A stretch of DNA of 64,000 nucleotides from Chrysomallon squamiferum. Its lineage: Eukaryota > Animalia > Mollusca. This document shows positions 15,515-31,969 of this stretch, piece after piece. Where the stretch lies: the NCBI GenBank assembly GCA_012295275.1, contig CM022665.1:43896001-43960000 (forward strand). Reading direction: 5' to 3'. The notes beneath the pieces are model-generated. The model did no database searches, was not told where the DNA came from, and saw nothing but the letters and a program-made list of their open reading frames with translations. The translations under genes were made by a program, and so were the position numbers. Numbering within the stretch: position 1 is the first letter of the stretch; every line of letters starts with the position of its first letter.

Positions 15515-15682
15515 ACTCAGGTGGGGGAAATAAGTTTACAGGACTGCAAGTTGGAGGACATTGACACTGCCTATGACAGTGACGATGACACTGAAGTGAC
15601 ATCACAGTGTCGTCATGTGATTGCTGTATGGCCACCATGTCAGGGACCAATTTACCTTGTAATTCCTACAAAACAAGAAAAA
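15515..15682 (+). CDS. PLEKHH1/2: PLEKHH-family exon 8, PH2 (TQVGEISLQDCKLEDIDTAYDSDDDTEV...PIYLVIPTKQEK)
   Basis: tgacag acceptor (an alternative ctcag 6 nt downstream), aaa|gttagt donor, 168 nt. Confidence 0.9.
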
Positions 15683-16480
15683 GTTAGTTTTAGTTTTTAT
15701 TATTTTTAAATTAATTTTATTAGATTGATTTTCAGTTAAAAATTGTACAGTCTACCTTGTAATTCCTACAAAACAAGAAAAAGTTAGTTTAGTTTTTTTT
15801 ATTTTTAAATTAATTTTATTAGATTGGTTTTCAATTAAAAATTGTACAGTCTACCTTGTAATTCCTACAAAACAAGAAAAAGTTAGTTTAAAAATTTTTT
15901 AAATTAAATTGATTATATTTTAGTTAAAAATTCTACAATCTACCTTTTGTAATTCCTACAAAACAAGTTTTAAATTAATTTTAAGATTGGTTTTCAGACA
16001 TTTTTTTCCAACAAAACAAGAAAAAGTTAGGTTTTTTATTATCAGAATATTTCTGTTTTTTATTTTTATTTTTAAATTAATTTTATTAGATTAGATTTTC
16101 AGTTAAAAATTCCACAATCTACCTTGTAATTCCTACAAAACAAGAAAAAGTTAGTTTCTTCAATTAAGTTTTTTTTTTTAAATTTATGAATATTTTTTAT
16201 TATTTTTTTTAAATTATTTTTATTAGATTCGATTTCAGTTAAAAATTCCACAATCTGCCTTTATAATTCCTACAAAACAAAAAAAGTTTAAGTTTTAAAA
16301 ACAAATTTTCTGAATATTTTTATTTTTTTATTATTTTTTTCAATTAATTTTATTAGATTCGATTTCAGTTAAAAATTCAAAATCTACTTTGTAATTCCTA
16401 CAAAACAAGAAATTATTTGTTGTTTTTTTTACTATCAGAATATTTATATTTTTTATTATTTTTATCAGATGGGTTTTCAG
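15653..16480 (+). repeat. ~100-130-bp tandem array copying the end of exon 8 plus its donor, ~8 copies
   Basis: taccttgtaattcctacaaaacaagaaaaaGTtag recurs at ~15753, 15852, 15941, 16010 (partial), 16120, 16256 and 16384. Confidence 0.9.
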
Positions 16481-16728
16481 TCAAAAAATTTCCATAATAC
16501 AAACACCACATATGACTATTTATTGAAATATTTTAAAAAATTATTATTTTCGTACATGTGTTTGCATACTTACACTAACAAAAATATCCTCAGTGATTTG
16601 ATTCAAAATAGTTATCAGTATTTAATGTTATAAGTTATGTGAAAATAATAAAAAAACGTATCTAACAGATTATAGAAGATAATCAATACATGCTTTATGT
16701 AATTTTTAAAACTTGGTATTTTCTGCAG

Positions 16729-16837
16729 GATTCGTGGCTGTATCATTTGACAGTGGCTACAGGGGGCGGGGCAGGCAATGTGGGTACCAGCTACGAGCAG
16801 ATTGTCTCAAAACTGATGGAAGCTAATGGAGATCCAA
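16729..16837 (+). CDS. PLEKHH1/2: PLEKHH-family exon 9 (DSWLYHLTVATGGGAGNVGTSYEQIVSKLMEANGDP)
   Basis: ctgcag acceptor, a|gtaggt donor, 109 nt; close match to recalled PLEKHH1 DTWLYHLTVAAGG...GTAYEQLIGKLM. Confidence 0.95.
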
Positions 16838-17222
16838 GTAGGTTAAAAACATTAATTTATTTCTGTATTTCAACAGACTGATATCTTTATTTAACGCTAC
16901 AGTTTGCTAGAGTCATTAAAATGTTTAATAATAGTAGTGATGAGAGTAATAATAATAATAATGATAATAATAATTATAATAGTAATAATAATAATAATAG
17001 TAATAATAATAATAATAGTGATGATGATTAATTTAACAAAACAAGCTTCAGGAATCAATAAAATATTTATAATAATGATAAAAATAATAATAAAAATAAC
17101 AGTACTACTACTAATAATGATAATAAAAATAGAATAATGATAGAAATAATAATGATAATTATAGTTATAATAATGATGATGGTAATAGTATTATTAATAG
17201 TAAAAATAATTAATAATGATGA

Positions 17223-17258
<36 letters not shown>

Positions 17259-17356
17259 AATAATAATAAATAAATAAATAACAATAAGATTGTTTGGATT
17301 TTTCTGTTTTCTTTTTTTAAATTTATTTATTTATTTATTTATTTTGTTTGTTTCAG

Positions 17357-17469
17357 ACTCAGTCTTATGGAAGCATCCTACACTGCTCCACGTAAAAGAA
17401 ATGATTGCTAAACCAATCACCACATTGCCTTCTCAAGACCTGCAGGACAAAGCAGTGCATCTCTTCAGA
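17357..17469 (+). CDS. PLEKHH1/2: PLEKHH-family exon 10 (NSVLWKHPTLLHVKEMIAKPITTLPSQDLQDKAVHLFR)
   Basis: tttcag acceptor, aga|gtgagt donor, 113 nt, phase 1 to 0; entry into MyTH4. Confidence 0.93.
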
Positions 17470-18000
17470 GTGAGTACTCACTTCAACAACACCATATTCA
17501 AACCTAAAAAAAAAAAAAAAAAAATGTATTCTTAAAACACAAACCAGTTGTACTGAGAACAAATTCATCTAAGTACATTTTCTGTGCTTTCAAGTAATTC
17601 TTTATTTATCCTTTGATATTAATTTTTACCTATTCCTTCATACTAACCTATGCTAATAATAAAGTTTGACAGTAAATAACAACATTTTTCCCATGTACCA
17701 GACAAATGAAAAACTGATAGATTGATACACCAACTGTTGATGTGTAATGAACTGATATGTTAACAAACAGGACAGAAGGAAAAATATATGTCTCCTTCAG
17801 TTATAACATACATTAATAAATATGCTTGCAGTTTGTTTTTTTTGTTTTTTAAACAGAGCTTAATAATCTAAAATCTGCAGGCTTTCATGATAGCTTAGAG
17901 CAGATTTCTAGGTCTGTGGGAGACTATATTTACACTTTAAAAAGAAAAAGAAAGAAAGAAAGCATGGTATTAAATTCTGAATGATTATGTCTCATTTCAG

Positions 18001-18177
18001 TCTGTGTACCAGTTTATCAACACTGTGATAGAATCCCCATCTCTGGACTACCACGTGAACCTTGCTCAGAACATCCTGTCCACCTGCATTGAGCACCCAG
18101 AACTGCAGAATGAGCTGTACTGCCAGCTCATCAAACAGACGTCCAGACACCCTGGACACCACAAAACTGCAGTGCAG
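18001..18177 (+). CDS. PLEKHH1/2: PLEKHH-family exon 11, MyTH4 (SVYQFINTVIESPSLDYHVNLAQNILSTCIEHPELQNELYCQLIKQTS...)
   Basis: tttcag acceptor, cag|gttcgt donor, 177 nt; MyTH4 signature ELYCQLIKQ. Confidence 0.95.
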
Positions 18178-18382
18178 GTTCGTTACCATGGTTTTAAAGA
18201 TGTTTTAGACTGACGTTTTTTTAACATGGGGATTAAATAGATAAATGTGTTTCTTTCTTGTAACAGGCTTTGTTTGAGTTATGTTTGTGTTGATCAGTGT
18301 TTACAGTTCATTTTCATTTTGCTAATATGATAAGTATTCTTTGTTAAAAGACACACACACACACATATGTATGTATGTATGT

Positions 18383-18413
<31 letters not shown>

Positions 18414-18699
18414 CAGTTTCATTTTACATATGTATATATATATATGATGTGTGTGTGTGCATGTACATATGTAACAGTTTGTGTTTTGATAATCAGTATG
18501 TTTCTTAAATGTCTTTTTATCTTAAGAATCATTAATAAATTAGTGAAACACAGAGTGCAGCTTTTATATGTTTTTTTTTTTTGTGTGTTTTTTTGGAGGG
18601 TTTTTAGTTTGTTTTTGTTTTGTTTTTTTCCAAATTTCTTTGATTCTCATTGATATCACATCCACTTCATTTATCTCATCAACTTCTGACACATTCTTA

Positions 18700-19807
<1,108 letters not shown>

Positions 19808-20107
19808 TGAATAGATAGACACCCAGACAAATATGTGAATATTCAGACAAATGAAATAGACAGAGATGTCATTTATTGCTACAATTAATAAAATTATACA
19901 TTCATTAATTTTAACCAAACTCTTCTTACAAGATTATTTTATCTGGTTTTTATTTTTGCAATAATATTTTGTTAATCTGTTGTATATAAGTAACTGTTTA
20001 ATATTTCTATCTGTATTTTTTTCTTCTTCTATATTTTATTTTACATATTTTTTTTTAATTTTTGAAATAATATTGTGTTTATATGTTATATATAAGTGAG
20101 TGTTTAA

Positions 20108-21920
<1,813 letters not shown>

Positions 21921-22458
21921 GATCATATTGTTATTAAATAACAATTTCTGTGATGACATTTCGTAATTAATATCTTAAAGTTTGTAAAATCTCATATAAT
22001 TAATGATTAAAATGATGAACAATTCATAACAGAACCATTTATATTGAAACAATGAACATCCCAAATTGTTAATCATTAAAAGGACTGAATTCATCCCAAA
22101 ATTTCAAGGATCATATTGTTTAAAACAATGAACAACTCTGTGATGACATCTTGTAATTAAATAAAGTGATGAAAATCTCATAATTAAAAAAATGATGTTT
22201 CATAAAATTAAAGTGATGAACATCCCAAAATTAAATTAAAATGATGAACATCTAATATTTAACTATGCCAAGATGTTATTTAACACATGTAAATTAATTC
22301 ACACAAAACCTACCAGATTCTATAACTCTTTTTATTCTCATTACCCTCTGTTTTTTTCATTTCCACACAAACTTGTACTAAAGACAAATTTTTGTTAGTC
22401 CACTTTAGGTGTTAGGTTGTCAGTTTAAATAGTAACTAGTTTTTACTTTCACTTGCAG

Positions 22459-22658
22459 GTTGTCAGTTTCGATGGTTCCACAATAAATAGTAGACAGGTT
22501 GTCAGTTTTCATGGTTCCACAATAAATAGTTCTGCACTTTCACTGCAGGTTGTCAAGATGGTTGGTAAATAGTAGAAAACTTTCAGTCAGGTTTCAGTCT
22601 TTTCACTGATGACCCAGGAGGAGCCGATACTGAGCACTGTCTTCAAATTCATCTCAAA
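22459..22658 (+). CDS. PLEKHH1/2: PLEKHH-family exon 14, FERM F1 (VVSFDGSTI...QSGFSLFTDDPGGADTEHCLQIHLK); middle scrambled, true start uncertain
   Basis: Both ends match recalled PLEKHH1 VVGFDGSST...SGFALFTDDP...EHCL, and the aaa|gtaagt donor is clear. The centre consists of repeated acceptor copies and is not open. Confidence 0.7.
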
Positions 22659-23475
22659 GTAAGTAATGTCTCTCTCTCTTCTAAATACACTGTCTTCAAA
22701 TTCATCTCAAAGTTAGTGATGTTTCTCTCTTCTAAATACACTGTCTTCAAATTCATCTCAAAGTTAGTGACCTTTCACTCTTCTAAATACACTGTCTTCA
22801 AATTCATCTCAAAGTTAGTGGTGTGTCTTTCTTCTAAATACACTGTCTTCAAATTCATCTCAAAGTTAGTGATGTTTCTCTCTTCTAAATACACTGTCTT
22901 CAAATTCATCTCAAAGTTAGTGATGTTTCTCTCTTCTAAATGCACTGTCTTCAAATTCATCTCAAAGTTAGTGACGTTTCTCTCTTCTAAATACACTGTC
23001 TTCAAATTCATCTCAAAGTTAGTGACCTTTCTCTCTTCTAAATACACTGTCTTCAAATTCATCTCAAAGTTAGTGATGTCTCTCTCTTCTAAATACACTG
23101 TCTTCAAATTCATCTCAAAGTTAGTGATGTTTCCTCTTCTAAATACACTGTCTTCAAATTCATCTCAAAGTTAGTGATGTCTCTCTCTTCTAAATACACT
23201 GTCTTCAAATTCATCTCAAAGTTAGTGATGTCTCTCTCTTCTAAATACACTGTCTTCAAATTCATCTCAAAGTTAGTGATGTTTCTCTCTTCTAAATACA
23301 CTGTCTTCAAATTCATCTCAAAGTTAGTGATGTTTCACTCTTCTAAATACACTGTCTTCAAATTCATCTCAAAGTTAGTGATGTGTCTCTCTTGTAAATA
23401 CACTGTCTTCAAATTCATCTCAAAGTTAGTGACGTCTCTCTTGTAAATACACTGTCTTCAAATTCATCTCAAAGT
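22635..23475 (+). repeat. 51-bp tandem array copying the exon 14 donor, 17 copies
   Basis: Unit cactgtcttcaaattcatctcaaaGTtagtgatgtttctctcttctaaata; explains the 17-aa repeat ORFs in the track. Confidence 0.97.
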
Positions 23476-24141
23476 ATATATTACTTATTTATAAATGGAT
23501 ATATTATTTATTTATAAATGACAATATTACTAATTTTAAAATGTGTCAATTTCTTAATAATAAATGAAAATATTATTTATTTAAAAATGTAAAACTCTTA
23601 TTTATAAATTGTGTATTCTTTTCTAAATAAGTAATAAGTATTTTTAAATAAGTCTTCTGTGCAAAATATATTTCCAAGTAAGTAACAAACTAATTTGTAT
23701 TTCTGAATTCATTTCTTTTACAAGAAATAAATTAATTTCATATGGTGCATTTTAATCTTACTTAAAATTATTTTCAAACTAATCCATTTTTTATATATAC
23801 TCAGTCAGTAAAGACTTTTTGTAACGTAATGAAAAAACCCGTGCGCTTTGAATATTTTTTTTTATTAAGTAGTTACTTCCCCTTACCTTGAATGTTCACA
23901 TAAATATTTTGACATCTTTTATTTATCATCATGAACTAAAAAATACATTAATTCTTTCCAAACCGTATTGATTTAATTTCTATAATAAAGGCTAATACAT
24001 TATCGTAAAATGTTCTTCTTAATGGGATTCTTGGTTAATCCCTCGGGATTAGTAATTTAGAGGAAAACACAAGTTTATCTTATTCTGTGTGTAAGATGAT
24101 ACAGTGACTCACTCACTAGTGATAGTGATTTTGTTTTCCAG

Positions 24142-24239
24142 ATCTGTGATATTATTTCCCAGTGGGAACAAGCTTTTCGTGATCATCACTCAGGAAATGT
24201 TGATCAAAACAAAACAATCAGAATACTCTACAAAAACAG
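24142..24239 (+). CDS. PLEKHH1/2: PLEKHH-family exon 15 (ICDIISQWEQAFRDHHSGNVDQNKTIRILYKNR)
   Basis: ttccag acceptor, ag|gtgtgt donor, 98 nt, phase 0 to 2; matches recalled ICDAISKWEQ...YKNR. Confidence 0.93.
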
Positions 24240-24519
24240 GTGTGTAGTTTGTTTGTTTATTTATTTATTTGTTTATTTATTTATTGTTTGTTTGTTTAAC
24301 TATTTATTTATTTATTAAGTTTATTTATTTATTGATTCATTCAATCATTTTTTTTTTTTTTAATCTATTTTTGTAATTAGTTTTACACCAGCTTGTATTT
24401 CAAATCTCTTTATTTATTAAATATTTAGTTTTTTTATATTTATTATTTTCTTTATATCTTAATTCATCATTCTTATCATTCATTCATTCACTTTTTTCTT
24501 TTTTTTTAAATCTATTTTT

Positions 24520-25898
24520 GTTATAATCAGTTTTTTTAACACTGCTTGTATTTCAAACTATATTTTCTGTTTCAGGTTTTATTTTAAACAGTTTTATATA
24601 AAATTTTTTTAACAACTTGTATAACAAACTGTTTATTTCTGTTTCAGGTTTTATTTTTAGAAATTTTTTATTTCAGTTTTTTGGTGCTTGTATTTCAAAC
24701 TGTTTATTTCTGTTTCAGGTTTTATTTTTTTTATTTTTATAATCAGTTTTTAACACTTTTGCTTGTATTTCAAACTGTCTATTTTCTGTTTCAGGTTTTA
24801 TTTTTCTTATTTTTATAATCAGTTTTTTAACATTACCTTGAATGTTCAAACTGTCTATTTTTGTTTCATGTTTTATTTTCATCAGTATTTTTAAAATACA
24901 TTAATTTTTCCAAACCTTGTATTTCAATTTGTTTATTTTCTGTTAAAACTAATACATTTAGTAAAATGTTTTTCTTAATCAGATTTTTTAAACTGGATTG
25001 TAATTTAGAGGAAAACTGTTTATCTTTTCTGTTGTGTAAGATTTTACAGTGATTTTTTATAATCACTTTTTTAAGTGATTTTGTATTTCAAACTGTTTAT
25101 TATTGTTTCAGGTTTTGGGAACAAGTATTTTTATAATCACTTTTTTAAATGCTTCAAAACAAAAAATCAGTTTATTTTTACAAAAACAGGTTTTAGTTTG
25201 TTTGTTTTTTTATTTATTTGTTTTTTATTTATTGTTTGTTTGTCAAACTATTTATTTTTATTTATTAAGTTTATTTATTTAGTTTTTGATTCATTCATTT
25301 CAAACTGTTTATTTTTTTTTTAATTTATTTTGTAAGTATTTTTTAGTTTTTAACACTGCTTGTATTTCAAACTGTTTTTATCTTTTTAAGGTTTTACTTT
25401 TTTATATTTTTACTTTATTTGTATTTTTAATTCATCATTTTTTCATTCATTCATTTTTCTTTTTTTTTTTTTTTTTAATCAATTTTTTTTATAATCAGTT
25501 TTTTAACACTGCTTGTATTTCAAACTGTTTATTTTCTGTTTCAGGTTTTATTTTAGAAGTATTTTTATAATCAGTTTTTTAACACTGCTTGTATTTCAAA
25601 CTGTTTATTTTCTGTTTCAGGTTTTACTTTAGAAGTATTTTTATAATCAGTTTTTTAACACTGCTTGTATTTCAAACTGCTTGTATTTCAAACTGTTTTA
25701 TTTTAGAAGTATTTTTTATAATCAGTTTTTTTTTTAACACTGTTTTTATTTCATTTAGAAGTATTTTTTATAATCAGTTTTTTATAATTGTTTTTAAAAC
25801 TGTTTTATTTCATGTTTCAGGTTTTATTTTAGAAGTATTTTTATAATCAGTTTTTTAACACTGCTTGTATTTCATGTTTCAGGTTTTACTTTAGAAGT
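24520..25898 (+). repeat. ~76-bp tandem array copying the exon 16 acceptor and first exon bases; partly garbled
   Basis: Unit ataatcagttttttaacactgcttgtatttcaaactgtttattttctgtttcAG|gttttactttagaagta; AGs at 25544, 25620 and 25882 among others. Confidence 0.88.
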
Positions 25899-26024
25899 AA
25901 CAGTCGACACGAGACTGAGATGGAGAAGCTGCTGCTGGCGTACCAGGTGAACGAGGACATCATGCAGGGCAGGTTCCCCATCAACAGAGACCTGGCGCTC
26001 GAACTTGCATCACTTATGGCTCAG
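25883..26024 (+). CDS. PLEKHH1/2: PLEKHH-family exon 16, FERM F2 (FYFRSNSRHETEMEKLLLAYQVNEDIMQGRFPINRDLALELASLMAQ)
   Basis: tttcag acceptor, cag|gtaaga donor, 142 nt; FERM motif GRFPIN..LALELASLMAQ. Confidence 0.95.
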
Positions 26025-26078
26025 GTAAGAATATTTTATTTTTTTTATTTATTTATTATTTATTGTTTTTATTATTAT

Positions 26079-26124
<46 letters not shown>

Positions 26125-27768
26125 GTATTCATTCATTTTTATTTATTTATTTATTTATTTATTTATTATTATTTATTTATAAATTTATTTTTTTATTTAT
26201 TAAAGAACTGATGCAGTATGATATAAAGATTTAAAAAGAAATTTATCTTAAAAGAACTGAGGTAAAGCTTGTGAAATGAATGAATGCTGAAATATCGCAT
26301 AGAGATAGATAAATGTTTTTTTTTTTTTAACATGTCTTCCATAATTTAAAAAAAAGAAGAAAAGAAACAAATTGAATGTATTTTTGTTTCTGTGTCCACA
26401 TTTGATAAAATAATAATAATAAAAATGTTGATGATGATGATGACAATGATACCACTACTAATAACAACAACAATGATAATAATAATAATAATAATATAAT
26501 AATAAGATAATCATGAAAAAGAAGAAGGAAAATGACAGCAAAAATGTCTGTTTTTAGTTCAACTTGTATACAAGAAAACATTTCAGAAAATTATCTGCTT
26601 TTTTTTTTTCTTCACATTTCTCATAAAGTTTTATCACCCTTGGACAATAAAACTGTTCACCTGTCTATGGGATGGTGAATATAACATATTTCTTGTTGCT
26701 AACTGATTCGAATATGTCTTTAACTAATAAACAAAAATATATATAAAGTGCAGGTCAGCTTAACATGATGTAACTATATTTTGTCAACTGAAATTTAGAA
26801 TAAACTTGTCAATCTATAAATTATATAGAGAAAAATAAAAAAAAATAAAGTTAAGTGCTAGTCAGCTTAGATTAATGTAATTCTATTTTATCATCCACAA
26901 TTAGGAGTAAATATATAAACTTAATTCTTTTATAAAAAAAAAAAAATTTTCACACTGTATTCATAAATTTATTCTAAATTTCAGTTGACAAAATACAGTT
27001 ACACTGACCTAAGCTGGACCAGCACTTAACTTTATTTATTTTTATGTTTATTTTCTCACTGTATAATTTATAGATTTGTAAGTGTATAATGTGGATCTTG
27101 GTAGACATACCTCTTGTTTTTATTAGACCAAGCTGACCAGTACATATAAGTATATTTATTGCCATCTCAGAATAATCACCATTTTGCCCCAGGTCATTGT
27201 GTGTGATGGAAACAATGCTAGCTATTTTGTTCAGATAGTCTCTTGTTTATGATTAATATTTGAAGTATGTGGATTTTCTGTTTGTGTGAAAGTCACAGAC
27301 ATACATCAAATATGACTGGAACGAGAATTTTTGAACGAATCCAACGTATAAAATAATTTTTAGCATGAAACCAAAAGGCACACATTAAAAATTACCTGTG
27401 AATACCTTGGTTTGAAAATAAGGCATCACTGTATTAAATGACATTAGGTAGTTATTTTTTATTTGAGTGAATCAACTAGATAAAATAATTTTTAGCATGA
27501 ATGCAAAAGGCACACATTAAAAGTTATCTCATGATACCTCTGTTTCAGAAGTAGGCATCGTTGTATTATAATGTTAGGTAATTACTTTCCTTTTTGTGTT
27601 TGGTAGTAATTGATTTCTTTAATTATTAGTCATGATGATACAAAGAAAACAACTTTTTTTTTAGATATAATTTTCTATGTAGAGTAGCTTACTGAGTAGC
27701 TTATTATTATTTTATGGTTGTTGTTATTATTATTACTTTTATTATTATTATTATTATTATTATTTTTA

Positions 27769-27817
<49 letters not shown>

Positions 27818-27917
27818 CATCATTATTATTATTTATTGATATTGTTTTTGATCTCTTTTTATTTGTAATAATATTATATGTGTTGTTTAATACAGTCATT
27901 CATTCTTTTCAAATGGG

Positions 27918-28261
<344 letters not shown>

Positions 28262-28888
28262 TCAAATAACTGTTTAAAATTTAGTGCTTGTCAAGTAATC
28301 TGCAGCCTCGGTCATTACAAATTCATTTGATTTGACAGCTAATCAATAATTAAAATGTGCCATTAATTAATTCTGATTTAGAAGACAGAAAATTCTGCTT
28401 CTTTAATTCATGAAACTGTTAGGGCAGAAATGTCAGTTCTAAATTTATTAAGTGGTAAAGGGTCTTCTCAAAACACTTTTTGTCTGTGTTCTGACTTTTG
28501 AAAGATTTTGTCCCAAAATAACTACACAGGTCTTTTGATTTAGTAAACAGTCTGCTGTAAATTGCATTAAAAATAATAATAATAATAATAATAACAATAG
28601 TAGAGATAGTGGTAAATAGTAATAGCAGCTGTAGTAGTAATACTACTAAAATAATAGATATAAGAAGAAGAATAGGAACAACAACAATAAAATAAAATAA
28701 TAATAGTAGTAGTTGCAGCAGCAGCAGCAGCAGCAGTAACAGTAGTAGTAATAATAATACTAAAATAATAATAATAAAATAATAAAAATAATAATAAGAA
28801 GAAGATCAGTAACAACAATAACAACAATAATAATACTAGAATTAATAATAAATAAATAATAAAATAATAATAATAATAAAAATAAAAA

Positions 28889-28932
<44 letters not shown>

Positions 28933-28975
28933 TAATAATAAAATAATAATAAATAAAATAATAAAATAATAATAA

Positions 28976-29033
<58 letters not shown>

Positions 29034-29983
29034 ATAATAAAAAAATAATAATGATAAAATAAAAAAATAAAATAAAAAAAATAAAATAAAATAAATAAAT
29101 CAACATAACATAACATAACCAGTCGTTACATACATCAAATAATCGATGGTCTTCATCTCCTTACGCAGTCTTCGCTAAAACTTCATTAAACCTGCTGACC
29201 AAATCAGTAATTACATCGACTCTCTGAATGCTGGAATGCGTGAGTCGCTAAATTGTCTCTGTACAGTGAAAACCCATTAAAAGGGAAAGAACTGTCAACA
29301 GGAGATGTGAGATGTAATTTTTGCCATTAACAAAACTCTTGCTTCCAGGGTTTTTTTTTTTTTTTAAATAAAAAAGTTTCAATTTCTATTTTGTCATTAA
29401 GATAGTTCCTACGAGTTGAATGAATGAGGTTGTTTTAGTTTTAGAAATAATTGTGTGTTGTTTTTTTTGTGTTGTTGAGTTTGTGTGGTGTTTTGTGTTG
29501 TTGAGTTTGGGTTTTATTTTATTATTGATTTTTTTTTTAGTTTAGTTAGTTGTTTTATTTTGTTTTTATTTTTGTTTTTGTTATGTTTTGTTTTATTTTT
29601 ATTTTATTTTGTTTTATATTTGGTTTTACTTTTATTTACTTATATTTTTTTTTTTTTATTTTTTTATTATTATTATTATTATCATTATTATTATTTTTTT
29701 TTTTTTGATGTGTTGTTCTTAATTAACAGTTGCTTCTGTATATACATTCATATAAAGGAAATTAATATCTTTTACAATTTTATTTCTTAACATTTATTTA
29801 ATTATTATATTTTTATTTTTTTTTTTTTACATACGTATATAAACTTCACGCTCACTAAATACAGATCTTCAAACAAAGACAAAAAAAATCAATTTATTGT
29901 AAACTGAAATTTAAAAATAAAAAATATTTGTTTGTCACACACACACACAAAAAAACAAGCAATAAAAAAAAATAATAAAAATA

Positions 29984-30023
<40 letters not shown>

Positions 30024-30198
30024 ATAATAATAAAAATAATAGTAAAAAAAAAAATAAAAAAAATTCATAAAAGCAACCATATGAAGAAGAAGAACAAAAA
30101 GTTTAAAAAAAAAAAAAAAACACCTACACAAAAACACGTCATATAAATTACACTTAATCTTCTAGATATAACTCATAAACACTGCCTTCAATTCATCC

Positions 30199-30233
<35 letters not shown>

Positions 30234-31969
30234 AATTATTATTATTATACAATTATTGATCTAAACGCATCTGAACTAAAAAAATCTTTGAATCTTTAAT
30301 CCTACACCACTTTGAGCCCTAAGGCTTCTTCTTCTTCTTCTTCTCCTTCATTCATTTCAAACTCGTGAAACAGAACCTGAATTCTTTGGCTGTCTCATTT
30401 CCAGGACGAACGAGACAAATTGCTCTGATATCAAATTGATCCCCACACACTAGAAACATGAACCTGCGTTCTGTAAAAACCCTCGAAGGTGATTAGATTA
30501 AAAACATATTTTGTGTTATCTTTACAGTGTATGTCATCATATTAGATTTAAATTGACACCAGTTTGTGCAGATATTGAGCCGGTTTGTGTAGCTGAGTGG
30601 GCCTGTACTTTGACATTTGACAAGCAATAAATAAAGCAATGAAATTGTCAGAACTGAATGTTATTGGTACTGGGATCAATTCTTTGTATGCGTATTAGTC
30701 CTGAAAAAAAAAAAGAATTAGATTATTAAAATTTGATAATCGTTACAATAAATAAATAAAAAATATTTAAGAACCCATGAAATGGTTTCTTGGTCCTTCA
30801 GTTTTTAAAATAAAAATCTTTATTATATTTTTTTTAAGTTTTATAAATTTGTTATAAAAATCTAAAATATTTTTTTAATTTTTTTTATAAAAAACATATT
30901 TCAGAACATCCATTGCTGATATTAGAAAAATTTACTATCTTGCTGCAGTATTATTATTAAACAAACCCACCTGTGGACTTTTATAATACATATTTATCTG
31001 TCTAATATTTTAAAATCCAATATCTTTCCCCCAAAAAACAGCATAATAAAAAATATTTTTTAAAAGCTTTTTTTAAAAATAATAAAAAAAAAAAAAAAAA
31101 AAGTTCTTCTTTCCAATCCAAGCAGGAATTAAAACACATAAACTGACAACACTTTCTTTCCAGCAAACATTTACACACTGTATACAATACACATTTATCT
31201 GTCTAACATTTTTAAAATGCAGTGCAATATCTTTTCCCCCAAAAATACAACACAACACAAACATCTTTTCAAAAGATTTTTTTACAAAAAAAAAAATAAT
31301 AATTCTCATAAAAACAACACAAATCCCCTTCATCCTCCTCTTCAACCTCTTTAAAAAAAGATTTTTCTTTCTTCCCATTAAAAGCAGGAATTAAAAAAAC
31401 GCACAAATATATCTGACAGCACCCACAGTCACACACACACAGAGACACATTTCTCACTGTAGCAGACATCTATCATTGCCCAGCAAAGTGTCTTGATTCT
31501 CACGGGAGACTGAGTTGCAGCTATCAAATTATTTTATAATCTCTTTCGCAGAGTATATCCTAGTCGTTTTCATTTGACACCCTCCCGAGAGCGAGCTCTG
31601 ACTGATTTGTATTCATAGGCACACTGCTTCAAATCTTCAGTTAGTCAAATCTTCAGTGGTCTACCGCTGGCCTGGCCGCACCAAAGCTCAGTGTTGATTT
31701 ATGTGAGTCGAGGCATCATGGAATTGACTCACCTCGGACTGTTTGAGCATATTTAGTGGACTTTTTCTCAGTCACAGCCTTACTCAGTGTCGATTCATGT
31801 TTTTTTTTTTGTTTTTTTTAATTTGCAGCCTTGTTCAGTCGCAGCCTTCTTTTTTAATTGTAGTCTTCCTTGATTGTTCTGTTTGTGCCTTTCTCAGTCG
31901 AAGCCTTCCTCTTGGTTAATTCCTTTCCAGGTTAACAGTTGTTGGTTAATTTTATTCCTTGATCACAGC

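Noticed and set aside
22716-23446. 17-aa repeat ORFs on both strands
   Set aside because: By-product of the 51-bp unit being a multiple of three; not in the PLEKHH frame and no recognisable domain.
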